Part shown: positions 51,694 to 61,815 of the stretch, piece after piece
How the letters are laid out: every line of letters starts with the position of its first letter
Numbering within the stretch: the first letter of the stretch is position 1
Source: Selaginella moellendorffii
Lineage: Eukaryota > Plantae > Lycopodiophyta
Reading direction: 5' to 3'
NCBI RefSeq assembly: GCF_000143415.4
Contig: NW_003314277.1
Span: 1,811,185 to 1,875,184 of the forward strand
DNA length: 64,000 nt
The notes under the pieces: generated by a model
What the model saw: only the letters and a program-made list of their open reading frames with translations
Databases searched by the model: none
What the model was told of the DNA's origin: nothing
Made by a program: the position numbers and the translations under genes

Positions 51694-53794
51694 ATGGCGA
51701 CTGCACGATCGATTCTCCAGGTCGTTGAGAGCTTCCAAAAGTCGCGCACGCTGTTTGCCCGGACGATCGCGGAGCTCGCTCTAAAGCCACAGGTATACTG
51801 CCTAAATCCAAGAACACCGCAGCTTAATCTCTATGCAAGGTAAGCTGGAACAAGATCTTTCGATTTGATAGAGATCCAAGAATTCCTTTTTCTTCTTCCT
51901 CGTGCTTGATCTGTGCTTGTTTGTGATCGCAGAACGTGGAGATTCTCCACAATGCCGGTGTTCTGGTCTTGCTGCGACCACTCTTGCTGGATTGCATCCC
52001 ACAAATCCAGCAATTGGCAGCGCTGGGCCTCTCCCGGCTCGCAAACTACAGCGAAGAGCTAGCGGAGGTTTTTGTCACGGAGAAAATCCTCCAGCAAGTT
52101 CTATTCCCCCTCAGGTAACTCGCCATACAAAAAAATTTCTGTCCAAAAGAATTCTCCTCCATCTCTAATCGTTTTTCTCTCCTCTTACCTCTCAGAGATA
52201 TCAATCGTCACAACAAGAAGGCCGCCGCGAATGTCCTGCGAGCTGTGGCCAAGCACACGGCGCCCCTGGCACAGGCGGTGGTGGAGTCTGGAGCTCTGGA
52301 GCCACTGGTGCATTGCCTCGAGGAATTCGATCCATCCGTCAAGGAGGCCGGCGCGTCGACGCTGGCCAACATCGCCAGGCACAACGCTCGTCTCGCCCAG
52401 GCCGTGGCGGACGCTCGAGCGATTGGATTCCTCATTCTTTGCGTCCAGGTATGTAAAAGCTCAGCAATCTCTTCTTCCATCCTGCTAAGATGAAACTCAT
52501 GAACTTGTCAGGAACCCGAGATTGCGCTGCGAACAGCCGCAGGCACAGCGCTCTCGGAAATAGCAAAACATACCCCGGAGTTGTCCCAAGTTGTGATCGA
52601 AGCTGGAGCTACACCACACCTTGCCGCGCTCCTCACGCACAATGACTTCAGAGTAAAACGAGTGGTAAGTTTCTCTCGTCCAAACAAAGCTGGTAAAATT
52701 TACGTACCTCCTTGTCTACCAGGGTTGCTTGGCGCTCAGTCAGCTGGCCAGACACGTCGAGGATCAAGCAGAGGTTGGCCACGAGCACTTTCTCTCGCTG
52801 ATCTTCATTTGGTTTCTAATCGTTGCTCTGTAGGCCGTTGTGGAGCAAGAGATCTTCCCCAAGATGTTCGGCTGCTTGAAAGACCAGGATCCCCAACTCC
52901 GAAGAAACGGAGCCACTCTGATACGCGAGGTCGTCAAGCACTCGGCAGCGCTCGCCCAGCTTGTTGTTGGCGCCGGTGGACTCTCCGTCTTGATCGAAAA
53001 CATTTCGGACACTTTCGGCAACGAGCGCTTGCCAGGTACTCTCTTTTTTTCCTGTCCAGTTTCCTGCCACCTTTCTTTTTGTCCTGTGTTTCCTGCCACC
53101 GCAAAGTAACCAACGCCGGGGACTGTACAGGTATAATGGCTGTCGGCTACATTGGCGCCTTCGACGAGATGCTGTCCAGCTCGGTCATCGCGTCAGGCGG
53201 CGTGGCGGCGATGGTGTGTGCACTCGTTCAGGAGCACGAAGACCACATCAAGAGCGCGTCCGCATGGGCTCTGGGACAGATCGGCAAGCACGGCCCCGTC
53301 CACGCTCTTGCCGTTGCCGAGGCCGGAGCGCTCCCACACCTGGTCGCCACCTTCCTGTCGAAGACCAGCAGTGAGGACCTCCAGTCCAAGTGCAAGAAAG
53401 CTCTCAAGAACCTCTCGGACCGTCTGAGTCACCTCCCCGCTCTGGATTCGCTGCTACAGGTACGTCCATCTTGTTCTTTGAGCTTCTTCGCTGAGAGACT
53501 GTCGGGGCTTTGTCACAGGGACCAATGCTGCCTGAAGGTATACTCAAGTACGTCCTAGGCTCTCTCGCGAAGGTGTTGGCCGCGGATAGTGATGCCAGAG
53601 CCAAGTTCGTGACGTCTGGCGGCTTTGAGAAGCTCCAGAACCTGGCAGCCGAGCCGGGCACGGAGCTGCGCGAGTGCATCGACCTCATCAACAGCGTCTA
53701 CCCGGTGGAGATTGTCCACTACTACTCTCCAGGATACTCGGAAGTCCTGCTGAAGAAGCTTACTGGTGCGAAGCCAGCCATCCCCGTAGGCTGA
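51694..53794 (+). CDS. SPAG6: Flagellar central-pair armadillo protein PF16/SPAG6
   Basis: ILQVVESFQKSR, LLRPLLLD.IP.IQQ.AAL.L.RLANYSEELA, CLEEFDPSVKE, EDHIKSASAWALGQIGKH, YPVEIVHYYSPGYSEVLL. Confidence 0.93.
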
Positions 53795-53913
53795 GAGGCG
53801 AAAAAACTTTGTCGAGCTGGTTGAGCTCCACGGCTGAGCTTGTAAGTGTAAATGTGTGGCAAAAACGTCGAGTACGAGTTCGTCATCTCGGTCTTTTCAA
53901 AACGGGCATTCCT

Positions 53914-56424
53914 TCACCTCACTTCGCCTTCTTCCTCCTCTTCTTCGATCCACCCCCCTGTTCCTGTTCGTGCCAGTTCCTGGACTTGGATCCCCAGCGA
54001 TGGTGCTTTACGTCTGTAGAACCTCACATTAGACTCGGCCAGAACCAATCCTTTTGCTGCCACCAGCTTTTCCGCAACAAGCTCGTCAACCGTGATTTCG
54101 GCGACGGGGGTCCGATTTTTCCAGAAAAACTTCTTCACAGCCCTTTGGAATTCCTCCAGCACGCCTTCGCCAAGAACCGCTCTAACCACGAGTTCGCACA
54201 CTGCTCCCGATAGAGCCCTCGAATCCAGCGTCAGCGGGAATCCAGTGAAGTTCAAAACGCAGGTGCTGGTGCCCGACGTGAAATTCTTGGGCCTATAGAC
54301 TGCTCCCGGCCAAATGTAAGTGGGAGGCCTGTGTAGTGTCAACGGCAGCTCCTTGTGGCAGAATTCTCGCGTGAATCTGATATAAGCGGACATTAGTGCA
54401 TCCGCATCAGCATCCGATTGAAGAAAGACTAGTGCCTTGGGCTCTTGCCCCACCCAGCTTATCCTCGTGATGCAATCTGCCACGCTTTTTTCTGGTTGCA
54501 ACTTCTTCATCCCCTTCCGCAGCAGCATCCTGAGCTTGGTAGGATCATAACGGGAAGTTTCAGTCGGCAAGTTGACGATGAAAAGAGTTTTCTGCGCGTG
54601 AGGCTGGAATGGCCTCAGGACCCGGCCAGCCACAAACAACCTGTCCTTGCTGCTCATCAGAGCGCTCGCAGCCTGCTCTTCGAGTATTGCAAAGCAGCAG
54701 CCCTCCCTGAAAAGCACGTCTCTGAAAGGAGGCTTGCCTTCTTCCAGCACGCTGGTTCTCAAAAGCACCGTCTCCAGGGCCTCGGCCAGTGCACATCTGA
54801 ACTGTCTCTCGGCAACCGTGCAAACTCGACACCCGTCGAATTGCAGCACTTTGTAGATGCTTGATGATGCACCGGTCTTGTACGCCGCACGAGGTCGCTG
54901 GTAACCTTCTGGGCGAAACAACGAGAACTTCAAGTCATCCAAGGAGAACTCTTCTGTAGCCCGGACATAAATTTCCATGAGACGGTTGGCCATATCCTCG
55001 GAAGAGAATATTACCCGCCCTCCATCCGCTGCAGCATCCCACTTCACCTGGAATTTCAGGTCCGCTTCACTTGTATAATTCTTGTGCTTTCGAAAGAGAC
55101 CGACGAGCAGCTTCTTCAACTGTTCAGAGTCGAACGTTTCTTTTTGGAACCCCCCAAGCATGATGGACACTTGGTGAAGGCCCCTCTCAGCCACTTGTCT
55201 TTGCCCAGCCCCAGAAAGTCCTTGCATGTGTTGAACTTGACGGTCAATGTTGGATGTAACACGAGCTAAGGGTCTTGCCTCCGGAACTCTATCTTGCTGT
55301 TTGCCTTGTGCTGCATGTCCTAAATCGAATCGCACGGAACGCTGCTTCTCCGTCGATGGACACTCTCGCACCTTTGTGTTCTTTGTCTTCGCTGGGCTTT
55401 CCTGTTGTTGAACGCTACTCAGCTTAACTGGTTCCTCCCGGTTTTGTTGCTCAAGGTTACTCCCCTTCTGTCTTCCCTGTTGTTCAAGGCTACTCTGCCT
55501 CTGCATCGATGGACAGTCTCGCACCTTTGTGTTCTTTGATCTCAAACCGCCTGGGCTTTCCTGCTGTTGAACGCTACTCAGCTTCTCTGTTTCCTCCCGG
55601 ATTTGTTGTTCAAAGCAGACTCGCTCTTCAAGGTTTCTCGCAGTTCTCTGGCGGCATTGTTGACTTGCTGGCGAGACATCACTCTCCTCGGAAACTTGGA
55701 AAGGCTCTCGCGACAGTGGTAGAGTCCTGACGCCACAGCAGATCACCAAGTTCTGATCGATGTCTGACGTGATGCTTCCATCCAGCTTGCAACTGTAGAA
55801 AAGCTTCTCAACTGCTGCTTTGTCTGTGAATTCGACATACGCTGCCGCTGGCAAAACGTGGACAGAACCCACCACCTTTGATGTCAAGTCCCTGTTCAAG
55901 ACCCCACTAAAGTGGGCTTCTAGCTTGTCCCCGTCCTCCCAACTTGGAGGAAGACCACTGAGGTACACAAACTTTGACGACACCTCCAGAGATCGTACTA
56001 CGTTTACCACGTTGTTTCCATGCCCCTCAAACTGCCTGCTCGCTGTGTAGAGCCTTTCCAGCGCAAACCTTTTCCCGGCGATGGAGAAAGGCGAGCTCGT
56101 CTCGTCGCGACAGACCTGGAAGAGCAGCTCGGCCATGAGCTCCGTGTAGAACACCAGGATGGCCATGTCGCCCTCGACATGCAAACAGTAGAACACCTTC
56201 TCCACAAACTCGTCACAGGGCGGGAAGAACCGGAAGCGCTTGCGAAGAATGTCGTCGGCGAGCTCCTGCAAGGCCTCGGGGCAAGTGTGCTTCTTTGACA
56301 GCGCACGCACCACGAGAGAGTAGGAGCGCTCCTTGATCGCTGGCCCGGGGAAAAAATCTGGTGCTTGAGCTGTCGCCGCCGGCTCGAAAAATCTGGCTGC
56401 TACCGCCTTGGGCAAATCCGGCAT
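53914..56424 (-). CDS. Intronless 836 aa protein with ~6 degenerate RRM-like (U2AF65 RRM1-like) domains, paralog B
   Basis: RNP2/RNP1-like FVYLSGLP...AAYVEF and LFIVNLP...KALVFL. Domain ends FRPEGYQRP and HRPPTYIWP. Colinear with 57090-59558. Confidence 0.75.
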   Translation of the reverse strand: MPDLPKAVAARFFEPAATAQAPDFFPGPAIKERSYSLVVRALSKKHTCPEALQELADDILRKRFRFFPPCDEFVEKVFYCLHVEGDMAILVFYTELMAELLFQVCRDETSSPFSIAGKRFALERLYTASRQFEGHGNNVVNVVRSLEVSSKFVYLSGLPPSWEDGDKLEAHFSGVLNRDLTSKVVGSVHVLPAAAYVEFTDKAAVEKLFYSCKLDGSITSDIDQNLVICCGVRTLPLSREPFQVSEESDVSPASQQCRQRTARNLEERVCFEQQIREETEKLSSVQQQESPGGLRSKNTKVRDCPSMQRQSSLEQQGRQKGSNLEQQNREEPVKLSSVQQQESPAKTKNTKVRECPSTEKQRSVRFDLGHAAQGKQQDRVPEARPLARVTSNIDRQVQHMQGLSGAGQRQVAERGLHQVSIMLGGFQKETFDSEQLKKLLVGLFRKHKNYTSEADLKFQVKWDAAADGGRVIFSSEDMANRLMEIYVRATEEFSLDDLKFSLFRPEGYQRPRAAYKTGASSSIYKVLQFDGCRVCTVAERQFRCALAEALETVLLRTSVLEEGKPPFRDVLFREGCCFAILEEQAASALMSSKDRLFVAGRVLRPFQPHAQKTLFIVNLPTETSRYDPTKLRMLLRKGMKKLQPEKSVADCITRISWVGQEPKALVFLQSDADADALMSAYIRFTREFCHKELPLTLHRPPTYIWPGAVYRPKNFTSGTSTCVLNFTGFPLTLDSRALSGAVCELVVRAVLGEGVLEEFQRAVKKFFWKNRTPVAEITVDELVAEKLVAAKGLVLAESNVRFYRRKAPSLGIQVQELARTGTGGWIEEEEEEGEVR

Positions 56425-56953
56425 CGCCGCTGGCGGGCCTGCGCTTAGAAATCTGTGAATCTTTCGGAATCAGCGCCGGCTTTCCAAGCGTTTGGTTCTA
56501 GCTAGGAACTGGTAGACCAAGTTACCTTGACGATCGGAAATATTTCGCCCTCTCCCCGGATTACGACGATCGCGCAAGCACTGCCGCCGGGCGCCGATGT
56601 CCATCCGCCGCTCCAAGAACTGCCACTCCCCGATCGCGATCGTGAGAGAAAGAACGCAAGAACGCCGATTCCCGGCGGGGATTTTCACCTGGAGCCCCGG
56701 CGCTGCTGATCCGCCGGGCCTGGAATCGGCGCTCGCGGCGGACGCTAGGCGGCAGCGGCGGCATTCTTGGACGGGAAGAAGAAACCTCCGCCATTCGGTT
56801 GTCGCTGGCGCGGCGCGTCCGTGGTACCTAGCGGCATTTCAATGTAAAACTAACAAACACGCAAAATGGGAAGCCCTCACAGCTATACCGTGCCATCTTT
56901 CTCCATAGCATAGCAGGGAAGGAATCTTGGTGATGCAGACATCTACGGCAACG

Positions 56954-57085
56954 GCATATACCCCTTCGTTTTAGACAGAATATCCTATCTTGACATACTC
57001 CGGGCACGGAATATCCTTAGACCTAATAGCATATTCTTTCCCTTTTCAAGCAGCAGAATATCCCCTCCGTTTGGGTAGAATATTC
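56954..57085. promoter_or_regulatory. Six P1BS-type GNATATNC sites in 132 bp
   Basis: GCATATAC 56954, GAATATCC 56978, GAATATCC 57009, GCATATTC 57029, GAATATCC 57056, GAATATTC 57078. Confidence 0.65.
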
Positions 57086-57089
57086 GCTC

Positions 57090-59558
57090 TCATTTTTCTT
57101 CCTCTTCGATCCAGCCTCCAGTTCTACGAGGAGATCCTTCTTCTCCTTCGCGAAAAACCGTGGCGTCATAGAACGAAATGTGGTGCCCGGCCAGCGTCAA
57201 TCCTTTGACATCCACCAGCTTGGCGGCGACGTCCTCCTCCACGATCAAGCTCGCAAGTTCGCTCCCCTTCTGCCAGTAGAACCGCTTGAAAGGCCTCTCG
57301 CCCTGCTCCAGGATGCCATGCTTCGCCAGCGCCATCTCCAGCAGCTCGTTCACGGCCCCCATGAGTGGGATGGGATCCAGCCCCGGGAAAATCCCCGCGA
57401 CGTGAACTTGCCACAGCTCTGGTTGCTGATGATCATCGCCCCAGCCCGGCGGAAGATCTAGATCGATCTTCCTGTCCCTCTTCCTGTAAGTTGCTCCAGG
57501 CCGGACGTAGCGCTCGTGGCGGAAGATCACCAGCGGCATGTCCCACACGCAGAAGTCGAGCGTGAAGTTGACGTAGGCGCTCATGAGCGCGTCCGCGGCG
57601 GCCTCGCTGCGCAGTGTCACCCTGGCCACGCTGCGACCTGACCACTCGATCCGCTCGATGGTGCTGCGGTGGTCGACGCTCATCTTCGCCAGCCCCGACG
57701 CGAGCAGCTGTCCGAGCTTGTCGAGAGTGTTGCCGACGGCCTCCGGGAGCTCGGCCACGAACAAAGTCACCTGGACTTTGGAAGTGTAGATGGAGAGAGG
57801 CCGGCGAGCCACTGTCAAGCCGACGCAGGCTGAGACGAGAGCGTTGGCCACCACCTCGTCCAGTACCGCCACAGCCTTGGTCTCGAAGTTCGTGAAGCTC
57901 TTGAAGAGAGGTTTGCCTTTCTCCACCACCCCGTGTTTCAGGAGCATCCTCTCCACGGCCTCCACGAGAGCTCCTTTGAGTTGCTCGCGGTGCAAGTGAA
58001 CGCCTAGCCCGTCGAAGGTGACGGCTTTGCCATCGGTTGACAGGTTGCCTTCTCTGTAAATCGCGCCTGGTCGATGGTAGCCTTCCGGTCGAGACAACCA
58101 GAACCTCGAGCTGTTCAAGTAAAACTCTTCCGGGAACTGCATGTAGTTGTCCAGAAGGCGATCCACGGTGTTCTCGGAAGAAAAAGCGACTACCGCCTCT
58201 TTCGGAGATCTCCACGAAACCTCCGGTTCTGCATCGCTGTGGAGCTGGAACTTTCGAAGCATGCTCGAGAAATGGTATGCCACTCGCTCCGAGTCGAACT
58301 TCTCCCTGGTAAGTCCTCCGATCACTAGCCCGCATTGCCTGAGCCTGAATTCTCGTCTCTGTCTTTGCATTTCTGGCGGAACTGCTTCTTCCCACACGAC
58401 CCGGCAGCCCCTCTGCGTTGGCGGCTCCCAAACTACTTGACGGCAGCTCGGACCTGTCGCTCGGGGAGATGGAGTTCCGCATTCCATCGAGTCATCGATG
58501 TGCACGTTTCGGATAATCTCCTCGGGCGACCGCAAAGCTTCGCCTTGCTGCTCAACTTGAGGAGTTGACGTCCTTGCCGCTGGAGCTCCTACCTTGTCAA
58601 CTTGTTTTTCCAGATCCTTGAGTTGCACTGTCACCTTTTCTCTAGTTGAGCTTGCAACTTCACGCCGCTTCCCCGCCGGAGTGCTCGTCATTGTCTCCGT
58701 AGCGCAAGAATCCTCCAAAGTTTTCCTCTTCTCTTCGAAAACAACCTCTTGCTCTTCTGCTGATGCGTCACTCGACTGGCTCCTCCGACCTGGGACCACT
58801 CTCCACAGCGGCAAAATCTTCCCGGAGCAAATCACAACCTCCTGGCCAATGTCCGTCACGATCCTCGCGTCTTGCTCGCACCGAAAGAAGAGCCTGTCAA
58901 TGGCTGCCTTGGACGTACACTCGAGATACGCGGCCCCTGGAAAGACCCGGACCGATGTCACAACTTTGAATGGAAAGTCGCTCTCCAAGAACCCATTGAA
59001 GTATCTTTCGAGCTTGTCCGCGTCCTCCCATTTCCGTGGAACTCCGGCTAGAAAAACGAACTTGGACGCTGGGACTGGCCCTGCCGCTGCTGCTTCCGCC
59101 AGGAAATTCTCGATCATTCGGCACTGCTCGCCTGACCGATCGTAGATCCTCTCCAGCGAGAACCTCTTGCCGGCGATGGAGAAAGGCGAGATCGTCTCAT
59201 CGCAGCACGCGAAGAAGAGAAGCTCCGCCATGAGCTCCGAGGAGAACACCAGGATGCCCATGTCTCCATCGACATGCAAGCAGTAGAAAACCTTCTCCAC
59301 GAATTCGTCACAGGGCGGGAAGAATCGAAAGCTCTCCCGGAGAATGCCGTCGGCGAGCCGCTGCAAATCTTCGGGGCAAGTGTCCTTCTTGGAGATCCCG
59401 CGCACGATGAGAGAGTAAGATCGCTCCTCCTCTCGAAATATCGGCGCTCCCTCTGCCAAAGCATCCGGCTCGCGAGGATGTGTGCCCGCCGCAAGCCTCT
59501 CCAGCCTCTTCTGGAATGCGAGCATGAAAATCTGTTCCTCGATACCTCGATCGCGCAA
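57090..59558 (-). CDS. Intronless ~820 aa multi-RRM-like protein, paralog A
   Basis: Near-identical block FRFFPPCDEFVEKVFYCLHV shared with paralog B; FVFLAGVP...AAYLE; SRPEGYHRPGA; FRHERYVRPGA; C-terminal RRTGGWIEEEEK. The start may be the ATG at ~59526. Confidence 0.75.
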   Translation of the reverse strand: MRDRGIEEQIFMLAFQKRLERLAAGTHPREPDALAEGAPIFREEERSYSLIVRGISKKDTCPEDLQRLADGILRESFRFFPPCDEFVEKVFYCLHVDGDMGILVFSSELMAELLFFACCDETISPFSIAGKRFSLERIYDRSGEQCRMIENFLAEAAAAGPVPASKFVFLAGVPRKWEDADKLERYFNGFLESDFPFKVVTSVRVFPGAAYLECTSKAAIDRLFFRCEQDARIVTDIGQEVVICSGKILPLWRVVPGRRSQSSDASAEEQEVVFEEKRKTLEDSCATETMTSTPAGKRREVASSTREKVTVQLKDLEKQVDKVGAPAARTSTPQVEQQGEALRSPEEIIRNVHIDDSMECGTPSPRATGPSCRQVVWEPPTQRGCRVVWEEAVPPEMQRQRREFRLRQCGLVIGGLTREKFDSERVAYHFSSMLRKFQLHSDAEPEVSWRSPKEAVVAFSSENTVDRLLDNYMQFPEEFYLNSSRFWLSRPEGYHRPGAIYREGNLSTDGKAVTFDGLGVHLHREQLKGALVEAVERMLLKHGVVEKGKPLFKSFTNFETKAVAVLDEVVANALVSACVGLTVARRPLSIYTSKVQVTLFVAELPEAVGNTLDKLGQLLASGLAKMSVDHRSTIERIEWSGRSVARVTLRSEAAADALMSAYVNFTLDFCVWDMPLVIFRHERYVRPGATYRKRDRKIDLDLPPGWGDDHQQPELWQVHVAGIFPGLDPIPLMGAVNELLEMALAKHGILEQGERPFKRFYWQKGSELASLIVEEDVAAKLVDVKGLTLAGHHISFYDATVFREGEEGSPRRTGGWIEEEEK

Positions 59559-59783
59559 GAACTACCTCGATCCCCTCGATCGCGCGATCGCAGTGGATTC
59601 TCGAAGATTTTCGTCGCCGCGAGCAAACATTCCAAGATACCTCTCTTTCCCGCACGCGAGCCCGGACAATCGGGATCGCGAGTATTGTAAAATCATCCAA
59701 AAAGACCTAAAGCCTGCCCTCCTTAAAAACTCGCACAGCCATTTGTCCATAGCTCTCCTAATGACTAGCACGCTTCACAGCAG

Positions 59784-59874
59784 GCATATTCCAAGAACAT
59801 AACGTCCCACAGCCAGAATATAACACGAGCCGGAATATATCACGAGACAGAATATACGAAGAATCAAAATATAC
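59784..59874. promoter_or_regulatory. P1BS-type cluster (2 perfect + 3 near matches, ~17 bp periodicity) upstream of paralog A
   Basis: GCATATTC 59784 and GAATATAC 59850; near matches GAATATAA 59816, GAATATAT 59833 and AAATATAC 59867. Confidence 0.5.
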
Positions 59875-60492
59875 CAACCACGGTATTAGTGTTCCTATTA
59901 ATCAAACCATAGTTTTGTTTTACATAAGCAGCCCGCTCGCTTCAACAGCTCTTTTTTTTTCTCGTGTTTGTTCTTCACGACGCCTTTCTGCGTGAAACCA
60001 ATCAACCTGTATACACGAAAACCGCATTAGCTCCAAATGCTCTCTCTCACCTACACATTTTTTACACATGAGAGTATCACCCTGAAAAACCTGCACGCTT
60101 CAAGAAAACTTTGGAGACGAGGAAAAAAGAAAACGAGGAAGACCAGAAAAAAAAGGATACCTGAGAGACAAGCAGCAGCTATAAAAAAAAATCCTGTTAT
60201 GTTAGTATCAACCTGGAGAGAATGCAAAGGCAAGCAGCCATGCAGGGACCAAGTAGAAGAAAGCAAAAAAAAGGCCTGCTCGGGAATGGAAAAAGCCCGG
60301 AAGAACAAAGAAAAAACCGGGAGAGAGGGAAGAACAGGCAAGACCAAGCAAGCAAAAAATCCAAAAGTTTTGCACATCAAGGTGGTGCCCTGCACACCTG
60401 CACAGAGTGGAGATCTGTGAGCTATGTTTGATGCCACCTGCATGAAGGAAAGCAAGGATTTTCAAGAGAAACCAACCAGAGAGCGTTGCGAT

Positions 60493-61647
60493 TCACTCGG
60501 CGCCGTATGGAAGCTGGTTTCCATTCGCTTCGCCGCCACCGCCGCCTCCGCCGTGCTCCTCTCGCTCCCTGTTCCATTGCTCGATCCTGGCTCGCCTCTC
60601 CACGCTGCCTTCCCGGCCGCCGCGCGATCGAGGACTGCGGCTGCGGCTGCCATCTCGCCTCCGCGGTCGATCGTACCTGCTGTGATGATCGTAGTTACCT
60701 CCTCGATCATCGTACCTCCGTCGTCGATCGTCGTAGTGGCGACGGTCGTCTTGCCTGCGAGGACTCATGCTGCGGCTTCTGCTGCGTCCTCCTCGTCTTC
60801 TGTAGCCTCCAAACAGCCGCCTCCGTAACTCTCTGCAGCAGAGACAATGTCACAAGAACAGGAGTCAGAAAATAAAAAACAGTTTTTGGATGACCAGACC
60901 TTCCAATGCGTCGCAAGTGCATGAAGTTGCAGTAGCCTCCACGGTTACAAGTGTTTTCTTCGTACTGACGACATGTAGCTTCTCGAAAATCGGTCACAGG
61001 CGAAAAATCAACGATGATGGGTCGACCTGCAAAGAAAAACATTTTTGAAAAAACAGGAGAGAAGAGGAACACGCAAACCTGCATAGAAACGTCCTGATAG
61101 TGCCTTCAGAGCCGCAGCAGCTTCTTCCTCCTCCCTAAATTGCACATACACATTTCCAACCTGAAAGGAAGCAACGAAGAAAACAACGAACAAAAACAAA
61201 AAACAAAAAAACAAAGCATCAGAATAAAAATGAGAAACACAAGGCTTACCATATGGTCTGCAAGATTGTCGCACACATTGAGGCTTTCAATCTCCCCATA
61301 CTTGCTGAGCTCCTCAAACATATCCTCGTAAAAGTCCTGCCAAGCAAACAAAAACGAAAAAAGAAAAAATTGAGACCCACAAAGCAAATCTCAAGAAACC
61401 ACTCCAGTACCTCAAAATGCTCCTGGATTTTCTTCTGATCCATCGTCTGCCCATTCAGATCCATCCCCGGCGTCGCCATATCCGGCCTCTGGTACATATT
61501 CGAGAGCAGCAGCGTGGGGCTGATTGTGGGCTTGTTGTGGAGCCTGGAGCAGCGGTCGCCATGGCGGCAAGCACCGATCTTGAAATAGAAGGGGCAGTTA
61601 ACGCGATCCTTCTCTGTGCCGAAGATGGAGGCGAGATGCTCCGCCAT
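60493..61647 (-). CDS. U2AF35: Splicing factor U2AF small subunit (U2AF35), multi-exon
   Basis: [82 protein letters not shown] tail ending [14 protein letters not shown]. Confidence 0.97.
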
Positions 61648-61815
61648 CGCCGAGAGCTGCGTAAACCCTAGAACAACCCTCCCAACGCGTTTGACCTAGA
61701 GGACGCCACCGCCACACGATCCAGCCACAGTACTGGATCACGGGCGCGACGTCACCGCGCGGGGGAATATACCGTTACCGCCCATTAGAATATTCTATGT
61801 TACAAAGCGTACACC

